Assembly (NCBI GenBank): GCA_964582035.1
Contig: CAZOPZ010000001.1
Span: 27,879 to 60,712 of the forward strand
Length of the DNA: 32,834 nt
DNA from: an uncultured Methanosarcinales archaeon
GTDB taxonomy: Archaea; Nanobdellota; Nanobdellia; Woesearchaeales; GW2011-AR9
Reading direction: 5' to 3'
The notes under the pieces are model-generated. The model did not search any database, was not told where the DNA came from, and saw only the letters and a list, made by a program, of their open reading frames with translations. The position numbers and the translations under genes are program-made. Every line of letters starts with the position of its first letter. Position 1 is the stretch's first letter. Positions 31,118-32,834 of the stretch are shown one piece after another.

Positions 31118-31998
31118 ACAGTATGAAAGTGCTGATAACAATCCCTGCCTATAACGAAGAAAGAACTCTTCCTTTGGTTCTTGAAGAGATAAAAGAGGTC
31201 ATGAAGCAGACCAGCCATCAGTACGAAATTCTGGTCGTTGATGATGGCTCTCGAGATAGAACTGCAGAAATTTCCCAGAGGCATGGCGCAGTCGTCGTTT
31301 CAAAAAAGCACCAGGGCCTGGCAGAAACTTTCAAGAAAGAGATACAGGAATGCCTGAAGCGCAAAGCGGATATCATTGTCCACACGGATGCGGACGGGCA
31401 ATATCCCCCCCAGCACATCCCGGAGCTCATTAAAAAAATCCAGGAAGGATACGACCTCGTCCTCGGCAGCAGATTCCGGATACCGGGAGCGCCCCTGCCT
31501 TTTCTCAAACGAGTGGGGAATAGAGCTTTTTCTCGTATCTTAAGCTCTTTGACAAAAGTAAAGCTGACTGACACGACAACGGGCTTTCGGGCTTTCACTG
31601 CCGAAGTGGCCAGAGAGATCACTTTTATTAATACTTTTACGTACACGCAAGAACAAATAATTAAAGTAGCGAAGCAGGGATTCCGCATTGCTGAAATCCC
31701 CATACGAAGCAGAAAAACGCGAGAGAGCAGATTATTCAAGAATCCATTTCAATATGCCATGCGGGCCTGGATTAATATCTTTCGGATTTATCGAGATTAC
31801 GAGCCGTTGGCATTTTTTGGAAGAATTGGCGTTTTCGGGCTATCGGTGGGAATAAGTATTGGCTTTTATTTTGTCTATCTCCACTTCACTTCGGGAATTC
31901 GGGGACACTTGGGGTTATTATTTTTGATGATGATCCTTTTGGTATTTGGCTTACAGACGGTATTGTTTGGATTTTTGGCTGATATGATGAAACGTTAA
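31111..31998 (+). CDS. GT2 polyprenol-phosphate glycosyltransferase with two C-terminal TM helices (GtrB/DPM1/ArnC-like)
   Basis: VLITIPAYNEERTL...ILVVDDGSRDRT...HTDADGQY, with C-terminal hydrophobic LAFFGRIGVFGLSVGISIGFYFV and LLFLMMILLVFGLQTVLFGFLADMM. The start is ATG 31111 or 31123. The track start at 30916 lies inside the upstream gene. Confidence 0.85.
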   Translation: MVNSMKVLITIPAYNEERTLPLVLEEIKEVMKQTSHQYEILVVDDGSRDRTAEISQRHGAVVVSKKHQGLAETFKKEIQECLKRKADIIVHTDADGQYPPQHIPELIKKIQEGYDLVLGSRFRIPGAPLPFLKRVGNRAFSRILSSLTKVKLTDTTTGFRAFTAEVAREITFINTFTYTQEQIIKVAKQGFRIAEIPIRSRKTRESRLFKNPFQYAMRAWINIFRIYRDYEPLAFFGRIGVFGLSVGISIGFYFVYLHFTSGIRGHLGLLFLMMILLVFGLQTVLFGFLADMMKR

Positions 31999-32031
31999 AA
32001 AAAAACAAGAAGATAATCAGAACTGAGCAGT

Positions 32032-32834
32032 ATGAAGCAAAAAACGGAAGTCGTCGTCACCATCGGGCCGGCAACCTGGACTGAAGGAGATCTCCGAAAA
32101 ATAAAAGACAAAGGGGTCGACTTTGTGCGGGTGAATATGTCGCATTCCACCCTTGCCGATTTAAAGCGCTGCCTGGCTCTTGCTCAGAAAGTAGGGATCC
32201 CTTTCATCATTGATACGGAAGGCTCACAAGTGAGGACGGGAGAGCTGACGACGCCTTGCCTGACCGTCGAGGAAAATGATGAGATAAGAATCCATACGAC
32301 GGAGATTATCGGCGATAAAGAGAATTTCAATTTGAAACCAATCAGTGTCGTTTCCCAACTGGAAGTGGGAGACCTCATTTCTATCGATTTTGACACGGTG
32401 ACGCTCCGCATTTCCGATAATTCAGCGCTCGCACAGGGATATATTATGGCCCGCGTTGTAACGGGCGGCTCACTGGGGAAAAACAAAGCAGTAGTCATTG
32501 ATCCAGTTTCCCAGAAGAAGCTCGTTTTGCCGACGCTTTCCGAAAAAGATTTCCAGTCCATCGCTATTGGCTTGGAAGAAGGGGTCGGTTATATCGCTGC
32601 GTCGTTCATGCGCTCGGGAAAAGCCGTTGAAGAAGTGCGGGCCGCTACCCAGAACACCATGAAGATCATTTCTAAGATAGAGGGCGTCAATGCCCTGGAA
32701 AATCTGGATGACATCATCAAAAGATCCGATTTTCTCCTCATTGATCGGGGAGACTTAAGCAAAGAAATTCCTATCGAAAAAATTCCGTTTACCCAAAAGC
32801 TCATTATCAGCCGGGCCAAGAAGCAGGGCGTGGG
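32032..32834 (+). CDS. pyruvate kinase family protein, 3'-truncated by the window end
   Basis: Not in the ORF track because it is open-ended. My translation from ATG 32032 has no stop for 267 codons. It reads MKQKTEVVVTIGPA...FVRVNMSHS...IDTEGSQVRTG...LSEKDFQSIAIGLEEGVGYIAASFMR...IISKIEGVNALENLDDII...LIDRGDLSKEIPIEKIPFTQKLII. These match the PK motifs TIGPA, RxNxSH, DTxG, SKIE and RGDL. Confidence 0.75.
   Translation, partial: MKQKTEVVVTIGPATWTEGDLRKIKDKGVDFVRVNMSHSTLADLKRCLALAQKVGIPFIIDTEGSQVRTGELTTPCLTVEENDEIRIHTTEIIGDKENFNLKPISVVSQLEVGDLISIDFDTVTLRISDNSALAQGYIMARVVTGGSLGKNKAVVIDPVSQKKLVLPTLSEKDFQSIAIGLEEGVGYIAASFMRSGKAVEEVRAATQNTMKIISKIEGVNALENLDDIIKRSDFLLIDRGDLSKEIPIEKIPFTQKLIISRAKKQGV

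Noticed and set aside
1-32834. CRISPR arrays, tRNA/rRNA genes, integrases, or toxin-antitoxin and restriction-type defence genes
   Set aside because: Visual scanning of the intergenic regions (all 290 nt or shorter) showed no regularly spaced direct repeats, no tRNA-like T-arm/acceptor patterns and no ORFs with recombinase or nuclease motifs.

Overview
This 32.8-kb window is a densely packed surface-glycan biosynthesis island with about 30 credible genes. All CDS coordinates include the stop codon. I saw no rRNA, tRNA, CRISPR array, transposase or integrase.

The host looks archaeal. TATA-like A/T boxes recur 26-32 nt upstream of start codons, which suggests leaderless mRNAs. There is a small wHTH regulator and many polyprenol-phosphate GT2 and GT-C enzymes. 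The taxon cannot be proven from this sequence alone.

Gene order:
- An AT-rich GT-B half-gene and a wHTH gene (1-943), followed by a hairpin-rich spacer.
- Module B (1234-7401): a divergent ATP-sulfurylase-like gene, a cytidylyltransferase::PPDK-like kinase fusion, a C26/GATase hydrolase, a HIT protein and a LicC-like nucleotidylyltransferase.
- A formyltransferase-fold protein, a GT4, a Wzx flippase, a GT2 and a SAM methyltransferase.
- A perosamine-synthase-like aminotransferase and Gmd.
- Three to four GT-C membrane glycosyltransferases, one of them split by a frameshift.
- A GT2 and WecB.
- Module A (22892-31998): LipA, E3, LipB, E1 alpha, E1 beta, an E2-like protein, a DegT aminotransferase, a Gfo/Idh/MocA oxidoreductase and a membrane GT2.
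- A 3'-truncated pyruvate-kinase-like gene.

Module A is the main candidate for a new system. Its E2-like protein keeps the lipoyl and E3-binding domains, but its catalytic core is replaced by a PglD/NeuD-type sugar N-acetyltransferase. I propose a 2-oxoacid-driven, possibly CoA-independent, N-acylation of a nucleotide amino sugar.

Module B resembles the Campylobacter Cj1415-Cj1418 phosphoramidate-donor pathway in a new configuration.
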